Part shown: positions 1 through 8,951 of the stretch, piece by piece
Numbering within the stretch: position 1 is the stretch's first letter
How the letters are laid out: each line of letters opens with the position of its first letter
Source: a virus
Strand: one strand, 5' to 3'
IMG/VR virus record: IMGVR_UViG_3300020187_000010
Length of the DNA: 64,000 nt
The notes under the pieces: model-generated
The model's database searches: none
Told to the model about the DNA's origin: nothing
Seen by the model: only the letters and a program-made list of their open reading frames with translations
Translations under genes and position numbers: made by a program

Positions 1-173
1 TTATATCTTGACAAATGTTCTTCAAAATCTACAGAGTCTGGAGTGATCGCATCAAAGGTTATTATCTCATCGATGATACCCGCGTCAATTGCAGGCTGAA
101 AAGATTCACGAGAGATACGTGCGTACTCCTCGGATACTTTATCACCCTTTATTACTATCTGATATGCCTTCAA
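1..173 (-). CDS. Glycosyltransferase family 25-like protein, N-terminal part (runs off window)
   Basis: Not in the ORF track. Hand translation from TTG at 173 (TTGA overlap with the upstream stop) gives MKAYQIVIKGDKVSEEYARISRESF...IITFDAITPDS, resembling phage GT25-like N-termini; open to the window edge. Confidence 0.5.
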   Translation of the reverse strand, partial: MKAYQIVIKGDKVSEEYARISRESFQPAIDAGIIDEIITFDAITPDSVDFEEHLSRY

Positions 174-982
174 CTAGGGAGATTCCATTTTTCTTGAGGA
201 AGGTTCACAATACGGTGATGGGTCTCTGCGTCTAGGTTATCTGCACCTGCAAACTGCACGTGTACAAACTTGGTGTTATCATCTCTCCAGTCATGGAGTT
301 CTCTTCCATCCACACCTTTATATCTACTGTAATGAATATAAGAGTTCCACCCATTATCCATACGTTGTACTTCAAAGTCGTGTACAAACATCATTGCATG
401 TAGGTATGGTTGATCACAAGTATAGAACGAGTCTAATCCCATTTGACGAACTAACTCAACATATCTTTTAGGATCTAACCAAGTCTCCCGTGCCTTCACA
501 CGTCCTTCTTTTGAATACAAGACCATTCCAGTATTGAAGACATCAATACCATATGAATTTCTAGGTAAGTCCGTTCCGAACATATTCTTACATAACGCAG
601 CGAAACGTTCGTCTTGTTCGTGAGTGATGCGACCACCGGTAATAGTACGAATACGTGGTTGTTCTGGTTCTGTACAGATACCAATCTCACCAGTAAATTC
701 GTCAAAGATGTTTGCCTCTAGACCTTCTACCGGAAAGACATCAGTATCTGCAAATAGAATCTTATCATACTTGTCGAAGGATTCATCGTAGATAGGTTTG
801 AATGCACCGTAGTGGGGAGAGTAGTTACCAAAGTTGTAACCAAAATGATTTTTGAGAAACTGAGGGTTCTCTTCGAAGATGTACTCTGCACCAATACGTT
901 CTGCGTATTCTTGCATGGCCATAACACCGGCACGACATGATTCTCTTACTTCACCATCCCAATATTGATAGATCAGGTTCAT
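170..982 (-). CDS. GT-A fold glycosyltransferase (nucleotide-diphospho-sugar transferase)
   Basis: YDKILFADTDVF DxD motif, FNTGMVL, DQPYLH, WN and FVHVQF motifs; likely start ATG at 982 with AAGGA RBS. Confidence 0.7.
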   Translation of the reverse strand: MNLIYQYWDGEVRESCRAGVMAMQEYAERIGAEYIFEENPQFLKNHFGYNFGNYSPHYGAFKPIYDESFDKYDKILFADTDVFPVEGLEANIFDEFTGEIGICTEPEQPRIRTITGGRITHEQDERFAALCKNMFGTDLPRNSYGIDVFNTGMVLYSKEGRVKARETWLDPKRYVELVRQMGLDSFYTCDQPYLHAMMFVHDFEVQRMDNGWNSYIHYSRYKGVDGRELHDWRDDNTKFVHVQFAGADNLDAETHHRIVNLPQEKWNLPS

Positions 983-1037
983 GACAAATTTCCTTAAAGG
1001 TTGGGGCAAAGTCCCATGACCTCACCCGTTTTTCTTT

Positions 1038-1145
1038 TTATACCATCAGTGCACTAAATGTTATATAGAACGTAATTGCACTTGCTAAACTGACTATAGT
1101 CATTCCTAATCTCTCTGATATTTTATCAGATCGTGACCTTTCCAT
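1038..1145 (-). CDS. Putative small membrane protein (35 aa)
   Basis: MERSRSDKISERLGMTIVSLASAITFYITFSALMV*, one hydrophobic segment, GAGG upstream; below the ORF-track cutoff. Confidence 0.4.
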   Translation of the reverse strand: MERSRSDKISERLGMTIVSLASAITFYITFSALMV

Positions 1146-1252
1146 AACTTTTACTAACCTCTGTTTAATTATATAATGAATTATTTCATTACGTATATAT
1201 GTATATAAACGCATACTCTTGATAGAGGCTATGCAAAAATATCATACCGCAT

Positions 1253-1786
1253 TTAGAAATAAATGGATGGGTCAGGGTCTCCTTCAACACCGAAGGAAAA
1301 ACTTACTCGACTATCGTGGGGAATCACTTGATGGTGGGTACCCCGAGGCAACCATACATAGTCGCCAGGATTGAACCAAAATGGTTCATCGTTATTATGA
1401 CCCTCTACTCGCATTTCAACGGATGCCAGAACTTGTACTAAAAACACGTCCATCTGGTCGAAGTGCCAAGGGTAAGAGTCGGAGTTCTTACCAATACCCG
1501 TAAATGCGATATTGGTAATCTTGTTTCCATGCAAAGAAAAAACGTCCTGCATCTCTTGTTCAATGTCTCGTGCGAACTGAGGTGCAGAAGGTCTACTATG
1601 GAAAGAGTTCAATCCGATACGAAACTTGTTCGTATTCGAATCTATTTGTTTATCCGGATGAGTATTGAGTAGGTGCATATGTTTGTTCCAATCATACACA
1701 TCACTTATTTCAAGAGGAAGTTTCCCAAAGAACGGGATCTTATCCGCAATGAATTCATCTTTATCTGTAAATATATCAAACATCAC
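1253..1786 (-). CDS. JmjC/cupin-like 2OG-Fe(II) oxygenase
   Basis: PWHFDQMDVFLVQV (HxD) and FNPGDYVWLPRGTHHQV...RVSFSF cupin motifs. Confidence 0.75.
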   Translation of the reverse strand: MMFDIFTDKDEFIADKIPFFGKLPLEISDVYDWNKHMHLLNTHPDKQIDSNTNKFRIGLNSFHSRPSAPQFARDIEQEMQDVFSLHGNKITNIAFTGIGKNSDSYPWHFDQMDVFLVQVLASVEMRVEGHNNDEPFWFNPGDYVWLPRGTHHQVIPHDSRVSFSFGVEGDPDPSIYF

Positions 1787-2193
1787 TTATTTCCAATATT
1801 ATACTTAGGACAAAGCTCCCACTGGTCTTTATCTTTAAATCCAATAATCTTGATTGTACGCATAGGCGCACAGTCTTTTGCAACTTCTTTATTGTGGATC
1901 TCTACCAGACCCCAGTCTTGCAGTAAAGTTGCGATTGTATTTCTTCGTTGTACATCTCCAGTTTCTAGATTAGACTTCTTACCGTCTAACATAAAGAGTT
2001 CTTTGAAGTGTACAATAAAATATCTTCCCTGTTTGTGTAGTATATGACAGGACTGGAAAAGTTTATTATCACGTCTGGAGGCGATACCAATACGTGTGAG
2101 AGTTTCCTTGACTTTCAAAAAGTCATCTGGTTCTGCTAGGATAATTTCTAACATCAACCCAGAGTTCCATTCTACAATATTATTTTCTTCCAC
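1783..2193 (-). CDS. regA: Translational repressor RegA
   Basis: DDFLKVKETLTRIGIAS...LFQSCHILHKQGRYFIVHFKELFMLDG signature; T4 synteny after gp62. Confidence 0.97.
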   Translation of the reverse strand: MEENNIVEWNSGLMLEIILAEPDDFLKVKETLTRIGIASRRDNKLFQSCHILHKQGRYFIVHFKELFMLDGKKSNLETGDVQRRNTIATLLQDWGLVEIHNKEVAKDCAPMRTIKIIGFKDKDQWELCPKYNIGNK

Positions 2194-2575
2194 CTTTATT
2201 CACCTTATCTTTTATAATAGTTAGTTGTGTGGCGGAGAGTAACGGTAGGACTTGACGCGCTTTATCATTGCTATATCCATAATACTCTTTCACCAATTCA
2301 ATATCATTTTCTATTTCAGGTTTTACCCATTTAGAAAACCGTTTTCGTTTCCTAACTATATTTATAAGAAATTGATATTGTAACTTACTATCGATATGGT
2401 GATACCGATTCATCTCATTCGCCAGTGCAACTGTGTCGGGGAAGTACGACAAACTGCGATTGATAACGAAAGGGACATAACCCTTCTCGTTACCCTCATA
2501 TATATCTATCTTCGAGTGGTTTATGCTTTGTAAAAAATCAAACGGGGAGACGGTCTTCTTGTTTGCACCAGCCAT
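2180..2575 (-). CDS. gp62: Clamp loader small subunit gp62
   Basis: YVPFVINRSLSYFPDT...RKRKRFSKW...VKEYYGYS; upstream of regA. Confidence 0.93.
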   Translation of the reverse strand: MAGANKKTVSPFDFLQSINHSKIDIYEGNEKGYVPFVINRSLSYFPDTVALANEMNRYHHIDSKLQYQFLINIVRKRKRFSKWVKPEIENDIELVKEYYGYSNDKARQVLPLLSATQLTIIKDKVNKGGRK

Positions 2576-3197
2576 TTTTGTAATCCTTCAAGTAAAAGTT
2601 GCGAAGTTTCACCAGATGTTCTGGTGATATCGCATCATTATATAATTTCATTGTAGTTCGGTTTTCATGTAATCCACTAATGTCACGTTCTATTGTACAG
2701 GCTTCTTGGAGGAAGTCAAGAAGTTTCGGTATCTCGCTAATATGATAAACCATATCATAATCATCGGGATGACCCATGTACCAAGACTGTGTATAGAAGT
2801 GACTATTTTTCACCAAACCCCGTTCCATATCATCAATAACTCGATCAATCTGTAGTGATATATCTGGTAAATCTCTGCCATTTTTAATGTAGAAAGCACG
2901 TGCGGATTGAATGAATTCACACGCAGATTTGAATCTATCAATCGGATCGCGTCTTATAGCAATGCGATAAGAACCTTTTCTGAAGGGGATATCGAATTGA
3001 TCTGCGTGTTTCTTCACCGATAAAACTCTATCCACGAGTCCCAGAGGAGCTCTAGAAGCCAAAGATCTACGAAGAGCCTCTTTCACGGAAGACATACCAT
3101 TTTTAGGACATATCCTAACATCTATGTTATTAGGAAAATACAGTACATTGTCTGCCGGAGTCATCTCGTAAATATCATTAATCATTATATTTGACAT
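2538..3197 (-). CDS. Sulfotransferase family 2-like protein
   Basis: ICPKNGMSS (5'-PSB loop-like), RRDPIDRFKSA (3'-PB), HFYTQSWY; start position uncertain. Confidence 0.7.
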   Translation of the reverse strand: MSNIMINDIYEMTPADNVLYFPNNIDVRICPKNGMSSVKEALRRSLASRAPLGLVDRVLSVKKHADQFDIPFRKGSYRIAIRRDPIDRFKSACEFIQSARAFYIKNGRDLPDISLQIDRVIDDMERGLVKNSHFYTQSWYMGHPDDYDMVYHISEIPKLLDFLQEACTIERDISGLHENRTTMKLYNDAISPEHLVKLRNFYLKDYKNGWCKQEDRLPV

Positions 3198-3619
3198 ACG
3201 GGTATTCCACATTTTCCAAGAAAATCTATACCGTCTGTACTGCGCAAGTGCGGAGTACGGTAATAAACATTCTTGATACCTGATTGATATATTAGTTTAG
3301 CACAGTCTAAACACGGTGCCGTTGTAGTATATAGATCACTATTATAACACGATTCCGAGGATTGTGCAACCTTCGCAATCGCATTAGTTTCTGCGTGTAG
3401 AACTTCGTCTTTAGTGACTAGTTTCCTACCGTAACCTGTGTTGCCAGTCTTCACTTCATGTTCGCAGTTGTTGTCCCAACCAGAAGGCATACCGTTGTAT
3501 CCGATAGAGATGATGCGGTTCTCTTTCACAATGACACAACCAACCTTCAGTCGGTTAGCCGAAGACAATTTTGCATATGTCTCGGCAACCGCCATGTGCG
3601 CATCACTCCACTTAGACAC
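3185..3619 (-). CDS. cd: dCMP deaminase
   Basis: IISIGYNG, HAETNAI and PCLDCAK zinc motifs; probable GTG start at 3619. Confidence 0.92.
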   Translation of the reverse strand: MSKWSDAHMAVAETYAKLSSANRLKVGCVIVKENRIISIGYNGMPSGWDNNCEHEVKTGNTGYGRKLVTKDEVLHAETNAIAKVAQSSESCYNSDLYTTTAPCLDCAKLIYQSGIKNVYYRTPHLRSTDGIDFLGKCGIPVCQI

Positions 3620-3989
3620 CCAACACACTCGCAAGATCTGGTTCAGAGAATGTATCTGGTTTCATAATCTTACCTGTCTCGGGATTACGAATCGCAACGC
3701 CATCGGGAAACTTAGACATGTTAGAACGTTTAACTTCTTTCCAAATATCATTGAAGTCCATATCTAGAGTAGAGGCCAGACCCATGATAACCCATACCAT
3801 ATCTGCAAGACCATCTGCGACTTCTACAATATCACCGTGTAAGAATGCCTGTTTGGTCTCCCAAAATTCTTCCTCAATTAAATCCATATACAGATTTGCT
3901 TGATCGCTCTCCATCCCACTATGGTCAGGAACTTCGTGTCCTCCAATCACCATAAAATCTTCTACATCTTTTTGATAATCATTCATCAT
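3612..3989 (-). CDS. MazG-like / PRA-PH family nucleoside triphosphate pyrophosphohydrolase
   Basis: LIEEEFWE...EVADGLADMVWV...EVKRSNMSK...GKIMKP motifs. Confidence 0.8.
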   Translation of the reverse strand: MMNDYQKDVEDFMVIGGHEVPDHSGMESDQANLYMDLIEEEFWETKQAFLHGDIVEVADGLADMVWVIMGLASTLDMDFNDIWKEVKRSNMSKFPDGVAIRNPETGKIMKPDTFSEPDLASVLGV

Positions 3990-4936
3990 TTCACCTCTAC
4001 ATTAGCCATAATTTCGGTCATACATGCGACCAGATTCAGTTCGTGATCCGCAACAAAAGAATTCTTGTATTGATAATCAGCAAGAATCAATACCAGTTGC
4101 GGAATCGATTGGGGTTGTACATACTCGGACATTGCATCGTATATACCACGGAAGATAGACGCAGGTTCTACATCCATGTTATTGACAACCCATCCACGCA
4201 TCTTCTTAAAGTCTTTACCCTTCAGTGCCTTGAACAAGAGACTGTAGTTTGAGTTTGCGTCAGTGATAATAGACGTAGTTTCCAACTGACCAGAGATACT
4301 GTGTCGTTGTAGTTCGTTAAGTACACGTCTCCAGTCCGGTGCGTGTTTCATGATCAACTGTGCAAGTACATCTTTGTTATAGTTGACATTCTCACCTTCC
4401 AGAATATCCTGTGCACGTACCATAAACTGACCGCACAACTGTTGCATAATCTTCTTAGAGAAGTTAAACTCATAATTAGAACAACGACTGTGTAATGGTT
4501 CGATTACACGGTTCTTGAAGTTACATGTCAGAATGAACCGACAGTTATTAGAGAACTCCTCGATAAACCCACGGAGAGCGGGTTGGGTAGATTGTGGATT
4601 GAGATAGTCAGCCTCATCTAGGATAACAACCTTGTAACCACCGGACAGTGATACCGAGGATGCAAACTGTTTGATCTTACCACGAAGAGTATCAATGTTA
4701 CCCTCTTCAGATCCGTTGATGACAATATAGTCAAGACCAAGTTCGTCACACATGGCACGTGCGATAGTCGTCTTACCAGTACCCGCAGTACCAGAGAACA
4801 ACATGTTAGGTAGTTCACCACCATCTACGATCTTTTGGAATGTTACTTTTAGGTCAGACGACAGGATAGTGTCTGATACTTTCTGTGGACGAAACCGCTC
4901 GACCCATAAGAATTCATCTTTCATGTATTGCTCCAT
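3986..4936 (-). CDS. gp44: Clamp loader large subunit gp44 (AAA+)
   Basis: LWVERFRP, Walker A GTAGTGKTT, ILDEAD, LHSRC. Confidence 0.96.
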   Translation of the reverse strand: MEQYMKDEFLWVERFRPQKVSDTILSSDLKVTFQKIVDGGELPNMLFSGTAGTGKTTIARAMCDELGLDYIVINGSEEGNIDTLRGKIKQFASSVSLSGGYKVVILDEADYLNPQSTQPALRGFIEEFSNNCRFILTCNFKNRVIEPLHSRCSNYEFNFSKKIMQQLCGQFMVRAQDILEGENVNYNKDVLAQLIMKHAPDWRRVLNELQRHSISGQLETTSIITDANSNYSLLFKALKGKDFKKMRGWVVNNMDVEPASIFRGIYDAMSEYVQPQSIPQLVLILADYQYKNSFVADHELNLVACMTEIMANVEVK

Positions 4937-4953
4937 AATTTAATTTACAGGTA

Positions 4954-4982
4954 ATTATAACACACCTGTGTTTCATTGTCAA
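4954..4982 (-). promoter_or_regulatory. Sigma70-type promoter for gp44
   Basis: Exact TTGACA-N17-TATAAT on the minus strand. Confidence 0.85.
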
Positions 4983-4983
4983 T

Positions 4984-5008
4984 AAAAAACCCCCCTTTCG
5001 GGGGGGAT
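4984..5008 (-). terminator. Rho-independent terminator after peroxiredoxin
   Basis: C-run/GAAA/G-run stem followed by a T-tract on the minus strand. Confidence 0.8.
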
Positions 5009-5009
5009 A

Positions 5010-5540
5010 TTAACTGTTTCGTATTGTATCAAGAACATTCTGTGGGTCAGATACTTCGTATGGGTCGTCCGGACAATTGTCAGACATACCGTCTTCATCG
5101 AACCAACGTTCAATACTCATGTTATCAATGACTAGTGCGTAACGCCAAGAACGTTTGCCGAATCCCAGATTAGACTTATCAACTAAGTAACCCATACCAT
5201 CTGCAAACTGACCGTTACCGTCAGGTAACATCTTCACCTTGATGATACCAAGGTCTTTGGCCCACTTGTTCATCGAGAATGCATCATTCACCGAAGTGCA
5301 CCAGATCTCTTCAATACCTTCTGCAACAAACTCGTCATGGAGTCGTTCGAAGTTAGGTAGTTGTTCATTAGTGCAAGTGGGAGTAAATGCGCCAGGCAGT
5401 CCAAACACAACAACCTTCTTCCCTCCAAGCAATTCACTTGTCATCTTACGAACCCACTTGTAAGGATTATCTCCTCCAATAGATTCATCACGTTCCCGCA
5501 TATGGTGTACAACATCGGGGATATATGTTTTAAACAACAT
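5010..5540 (-). CDS. Peroxiredoxin (Prx5 type), auxiliary metabolic gene
   Basis: VVFGLPGAFTPTCT, SVNDAF, PDGNG, GKRSWRYA motifs. Confidence 0.92.
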   Translation of the reverse strand: MLFKTYIPDVVHHMRERDESIGGDNPYKWVRKMTSELLGGKKVVVFGLPGAFTPTCTNEQLPNFERLHDEFVAEGIEEIWCTSVNDAFSMNKWAKDLGIIKVKMLPDGNGQFADGMGYLVDKSNLGFGKRSWRYALVIDNMSIERWFDEDGMSDNCPDDPYEVSDPQNVLDTIRNS

Positions 5541-5559
5541 TCGTTCTCCTATAATAATA

Positions 5560-5633
5560 TGGAGCGGGTGGAGAGAATCGAACTCCCATCAAAAGGTTGG
5601 AAACCTCCTGTAATACCACTATACTACACCCGC
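5560..5633 (-). tRNA. tRNA-Gly (TCC)
   Basis: GCGGGTG acceptor stem, TCC anticodon, GTTCGATTC T-loop, encoded CCA. Confidence 0.93.
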
Positions 5634-5639
5634 ATTATT

Positions 5640-5716
5640 TGGCGCGTCTGGCAGGACTCGAACCTGCAATAATCCGCTTAGAAGGCGGATGCCTTATCCA
5701 ATTAGACGACAAACGC
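5640..5716 (-). tRNA. tRNA-Arg (TCT)
   Basis: GCGTTTG acceptor stem, CTTCTAA anticodon loop, GGTTCGAGTCC T-arm, encoded CCA. Confidence 0.93.
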
Positions 5717-5724
5717 TTAGTTGG

Positions 5725-5943
5725 TTACTGGTCTTGTAACTGTTCAACTAGTTGGATAGATTCAATTGCTTGATCTCGCAACTGACCAATCGTAGACAAT
5801 TCTTCACCTTTGAAGCCACCACGTTGTACTACAGTATCGATTACTGCGACAGTAGATCGTGAGACTCGATTAGCGAGGTCTAACAGTACTGCGATACGTT
5901 CGTCTTTAACTGGTGGTGTTGGTGCCTTTTCTTTGTTACTCAT
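5725..5943 (-). CDS. Hypothetical protein
   Basis: 72 aa, GGAG RBS, IDTVVQRGGFKGEELSTIGQLRD; directly after gp45. Confidence 0.7.
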   Translation of the reverse strand: MSNKEKAPTPPVKDERIAVLLDLANRVSRSTVAVIDTVVQRGGFKGEELSTIGQLRDQAIESIQLVEQLQDQ

Positions 5944-5946
5944 TTC

Positions 5947-6624
5947 TTATACTCCGTAAGTAGATGATTTTTCAAGTGCAATAAAATATTCAATGGACGA
6001 TTGTTTCGACTTAAAGTTAGAGATCAATTTCTTAGAAATACCAACCTCAAAGTCTTCGGAAACAATCTTCAAGTTGTTCACATTCAGGACAAAGTTGAAA
6101 TCAACTCCTTCTTGGAACTCTCCTTCAACATATGAGAAGAAACTATTAGAAGTTGCGTCATCGTTATCAACCACAGTAAGTTTGATAGACTTACCTTCGG
6201 GGGTGATAGAAATCGAATCGTGTCCTAGGACAGAGGACGCACGCTTCAATCGACTCAATGTATCAGTATCTAGGGTAAACTTAACTTCTGGTTCTGGCAT
6301 GATGACATCTTTACTAGGTGCAGACAACATATCAATGTCAGAATAGAAGTAACGGTTACCACGAAGACCGGTAGAGTCAGAGACTACTACGTGAGTCTTT
6401 TCGAATCTTAGTGCGGGTTTCTCAACTAGACCCAACACACTAAGGAATTCATTAAGGTCGTAGATACCGAAGGTGGATGGGATATCGTCATCTAGGGTAA
6501 CTTTTGCAAGAATATTCTTTGCGACCGAAATAGTTTTTAGTTCATTGCCTTCACGAAACACAATGTTAGAATTGATGTTTGCGAAGTTTTTAAGTACCGA
6601 TAAGGTACGATCAGATAGTTCCAT
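5947..6624 (-). CDS. gp45: Sliding clamp gp45
   Basis: MELSDRTLSVLKNFANINSNI...FGIYDLNEFL...YFIALE. Confidence 0.96.
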   Translation of the reverse strand: MELSDRTLSVLKNFANINSNIVFREGNELKTISVAKNILAKVTLDDDIPSTFGIYDLNEFLSVLGLVEKPALRFEKTHVVVSDSTGLRGNRYFYSDIDMLSAPSKDVIMPEPEVKFTLDTDTLSRLKRASSVLGHDSISITPEGKSIKLTVVDNDDATSNSFFSYVEGEFQEGVDFNFVLNVNNLKIVSEDFEVGISKKLISNFKSKQSSIEYFIALEKSSTYGV

Positions 6625-6653
6625 GATTTAGTTCTCTCAGTTAATATACAGTC

Positions 6654-6682
6654 ATTATATAACATTGGGCAACGTTTGTCAA
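6654..6682 (-). promoter_or_regulatory. Sigma70-type promoter for gp45
   Basis: Exact TTGACA-N17-TATAAT. Confidence 0.85.
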
Positions 6683-6685
6683 CCC

Positions 6686-8407
6686 TTATGCAGCTTTTAA
6701 TTTGGAAAAGTTTTTCTCTTTAACAAATTCCAGTTTACGTTGGAATTGAGCATCCTCAAGTTCCGACTTGTGAGAGATAACAAAAACGTTTGTCTCTTCC
6801 CCTAGACTATACAGGATTTTCATAAGATTGTCAACCCCATCATCGTCTAATGATGAATCAAAAGTCTCGTCCAAAATCAATAGATTGGTTGCGACTGAAT
6901 TCTTCATCTTAGCAATCTGTCTCCACGTAAACAATAGAGACAAATCGATTCGTTGTTTCTCACCTTCCGAGAAAGAATCATAAGAGAAGTTATCACGGAA
7001 ACGTGACCGGATAGTCTCTTGGAAACTCTCGTCCAGATCGAAATGTACAAAGAAGTCCAAGATCTGTAGGTACTGGTTGGTCAGTTGATTGATGACCGGA
7101 ATGTACTGTTTGATGATCTTGGTCTTGATACCAGTGTCACGTAACAACTCTGCATTCACTTGGTTGTACGAGTACTGTTCAGCAAGGATATACTTCTCGT
7201 CCTGAGTTTTGTGCAGTTCGGTGTTCAAAGTCTCTAACTCTTCGTTAGCACTCTTGAGGTCGCCGGTGGTTTCTGATTGTGAATCTATATCAGAACGAAT
7301 ACTATCATTCTGTTTGTATAACCTAGCAATCATCTGGTTATTGTTATTCACATTGTTCTGTAAAGTCTTGGTCTCTTCTAACCGACTATGGAGTTCTACA
7401 AGTTGTTCATCGTAAGTCCCCATCTGTTGAGTTGACTTAGACATTGCAGAGTTCAGTTCCTTTGCACGTGACTTCGCAGATACCTTCTTAGACTCACGTA
7501 GGTCTTCGGCAATACCTTGGTCACAGGTAGGACAGTGTTCGTTCTCGTCAAAGAACTTCGCTTCCTTAACCACAGTCTTAATCTGTGATTTGAAGGTCGA
7601 TTGGTACTCGATCAGTTTGTTACGATTTGAGTTTATACCTTCGATTTTCTTCGACACGTCTTCTAGTTGTGTCGTCACAATCTCCATGTGTTCAGTATTG
7701 TACCCCTGAAGAAACTCAATCTCAGTCTGGTTAGCCTCAATCTCCGACTCTTTCTCTTTACGATGTGCAGTATTGATTGCAGACAAATCACGTAGATACT
7801 TCTTCTGTGAGTTTATCTTGGTCTTACACATCTCTATGTTGTAACCATTCGTGGTTATCTGATCTCTCAACACAGACATCTTTTCTTTCAGAATACTATT
7901 CATCTTAGAGAAGATATTGATGTCGAGAAGATCCTCGATTACCTCACGTCTCGCACCACCAGTCAACTGCATAAACGGAACAAAGGAACTTGATCCGAGA
8001 ACAACAATCTGGTGAAAAGATTTGTGGGTAAGTTTTAGTATATTCTTCTCAAGCATAGACTGATATTCTTTTGCATGAGAGTCTTGGTTGATCATATTAC
8101 CACCAACCCAGATTTCGAATATGTTAGGTTTTATCCCACGAACAATCTTATATTCCTGTGAACCCATAGAGAACTCAACTTCAACAACTGTTCCTTTACC
8201 ATTAATGGTATTGACCAGTTGTCCTTTAGAGATCTTGCGGTGGGGTTTGCCAAACAAACCAAAGGATAATGCGTCCAACATAGTAGACTTACCCGCACCA
8301 TTGTGACCCACGACCAATGTCGTAGAGGATGCTGCAAAGTCTATCTCTGTAAAGGCATTACCAGATGACAGGAAGTTTTTATATCGTAGTTTACTAAATT
8401 TTATCAT
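6686..8407 (-). CDS. gp46: Recombination endonuclease subunit gp46 (Rad50/SbcC-like)
   Basis: GHNGAGKST Walker A, CPTC zinc hook, FSEGEKQRID signature, LILDE. Confidence 0.97.
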   Translation of the reverse strand: MIKFSKLRYKNFLSSGNAFTEIDFAASSTTLVVGHNGAGKSTMLDALSFGLFGKPHRKISKGQLVNTINGKGTVVEVEFSMGSQEYKIVRGIKPNIFEIWVGGNMINQDSHAKEYQSMLEKNILKLTHKSFHQIVVLGSSSFVPFMQLTGGARREVIEDLLDINIFSKMNSILKEKMSVLRDQITTNGYNIEMCKTKINSQKKYLRDLSAINTAHRKEKESEIEANQTEIEFLQGYNTEHMEIVTTQLEDVSKKIEGINSNRNKLIEYQSTFKSQIKTVVKEAKFFDENEHCPTCDQGIAEDLRESKKVSAKSRAKELNSAMSKSTQQMGTYDEQLVELHSRLEETKTLQNNVNNNNQMIARLYKQNDSIRSDIDSQSETTGDLKSANEELETLNTELHKTQDEKYILAEQYSYNQVNAELLRDTGIKTKIIKQYIPVINQLTNQYLQILDFFVHFDLDESFQETIRSRFRDNFSYDSFSEGEKQRIDLSLLFTWRQIAKMKNSVATNLLILDETFDSSLDDDGVDNLMKILYSLGEETNVFVISHKSELEDAQFQRKLEFVKEKNFSKLKAA

Positions 8408-8413
8408 ACAGGT

Positions 8414-8442
8414 ATTATACCATTAATAGTCAGTCTTGTCAA
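8414..8442 (-). promoter_or_regulatory. Sigma70-type promoter for gp46 (probably leaderless transcript)
   Basis: Exact TTGACA-N17-TATAAT; the -10 box ends 6 nt before the gp46 ATG. Confidence 0.8.
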
Positions 8443-8950
8443 ACTTTATTTTATCCCACACGCATTTAATAGAAGGGTCATATGACTTAGTGAATACATG
8501 AAACTCCACGTCCTCATAACCCCGAATGGCTCTGTCCCCGCCCTTCTGAAGTCCATAGTAGTCGAACCCAGTTGCCGCATAGATAGTACCATTGTGCATC
8601 CTACGGTCTGCCATTGTCAACACATACCTAGGTTTCAACATCTTCAATGCTCGCGATAGAAACCACGAGGTAATGTTATATTCGTTTTGGTGTTTGGCGG
8701 ATACGACCAGTCTGGCCATGTCCCAGAGTCCGGTCGTGGGGGAGTCCACTCCAAAGTAGATTGGAACGAAAGACGGATGACAATGACCGTCACTGAACTG
8801 AACCACCCCCACGACATCCTCACCGTGGATCAAACCATAAAACTTATTGGTCGGTGCATCCATGTATGGGGTACCAAGATAGTGGTACCTCTTAATACAA
8901 TCTGATCCTTGACTCATGGTTATCTCTCGAACACCATATTCACTCTTCAA
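8423..8950 (-). CDS. Mom-like GNAT-fold DNA (adenine) modification protein
   Basis: IKRYHYLG, DMARLVV, SWFLSRALKML, TMADRRMHNGTIYAATGFDYYG resemble Mom-family motifs (HY; RL; AD..H.G.IY.A..F/W.Y.G). Confidence 0.7.
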   Translation of the reverse strand: MKSEYGVREITMSQGSDCIKRYHYLGTPYMDAPTNKFYGLIHGEDVVGVVQFSDGHCHPSFVPIYFGVDSPTTGLWDMARLVVSAKHQNEYNITSWFLSRALKMLKPRYVLTMADRRMHNGTIYAATGFDYYGLQKGGDRAIRGYEDVEFHVFTKSYDPSIKCVWDKIKFDKTDY

Positions 8951-8951
8951 A

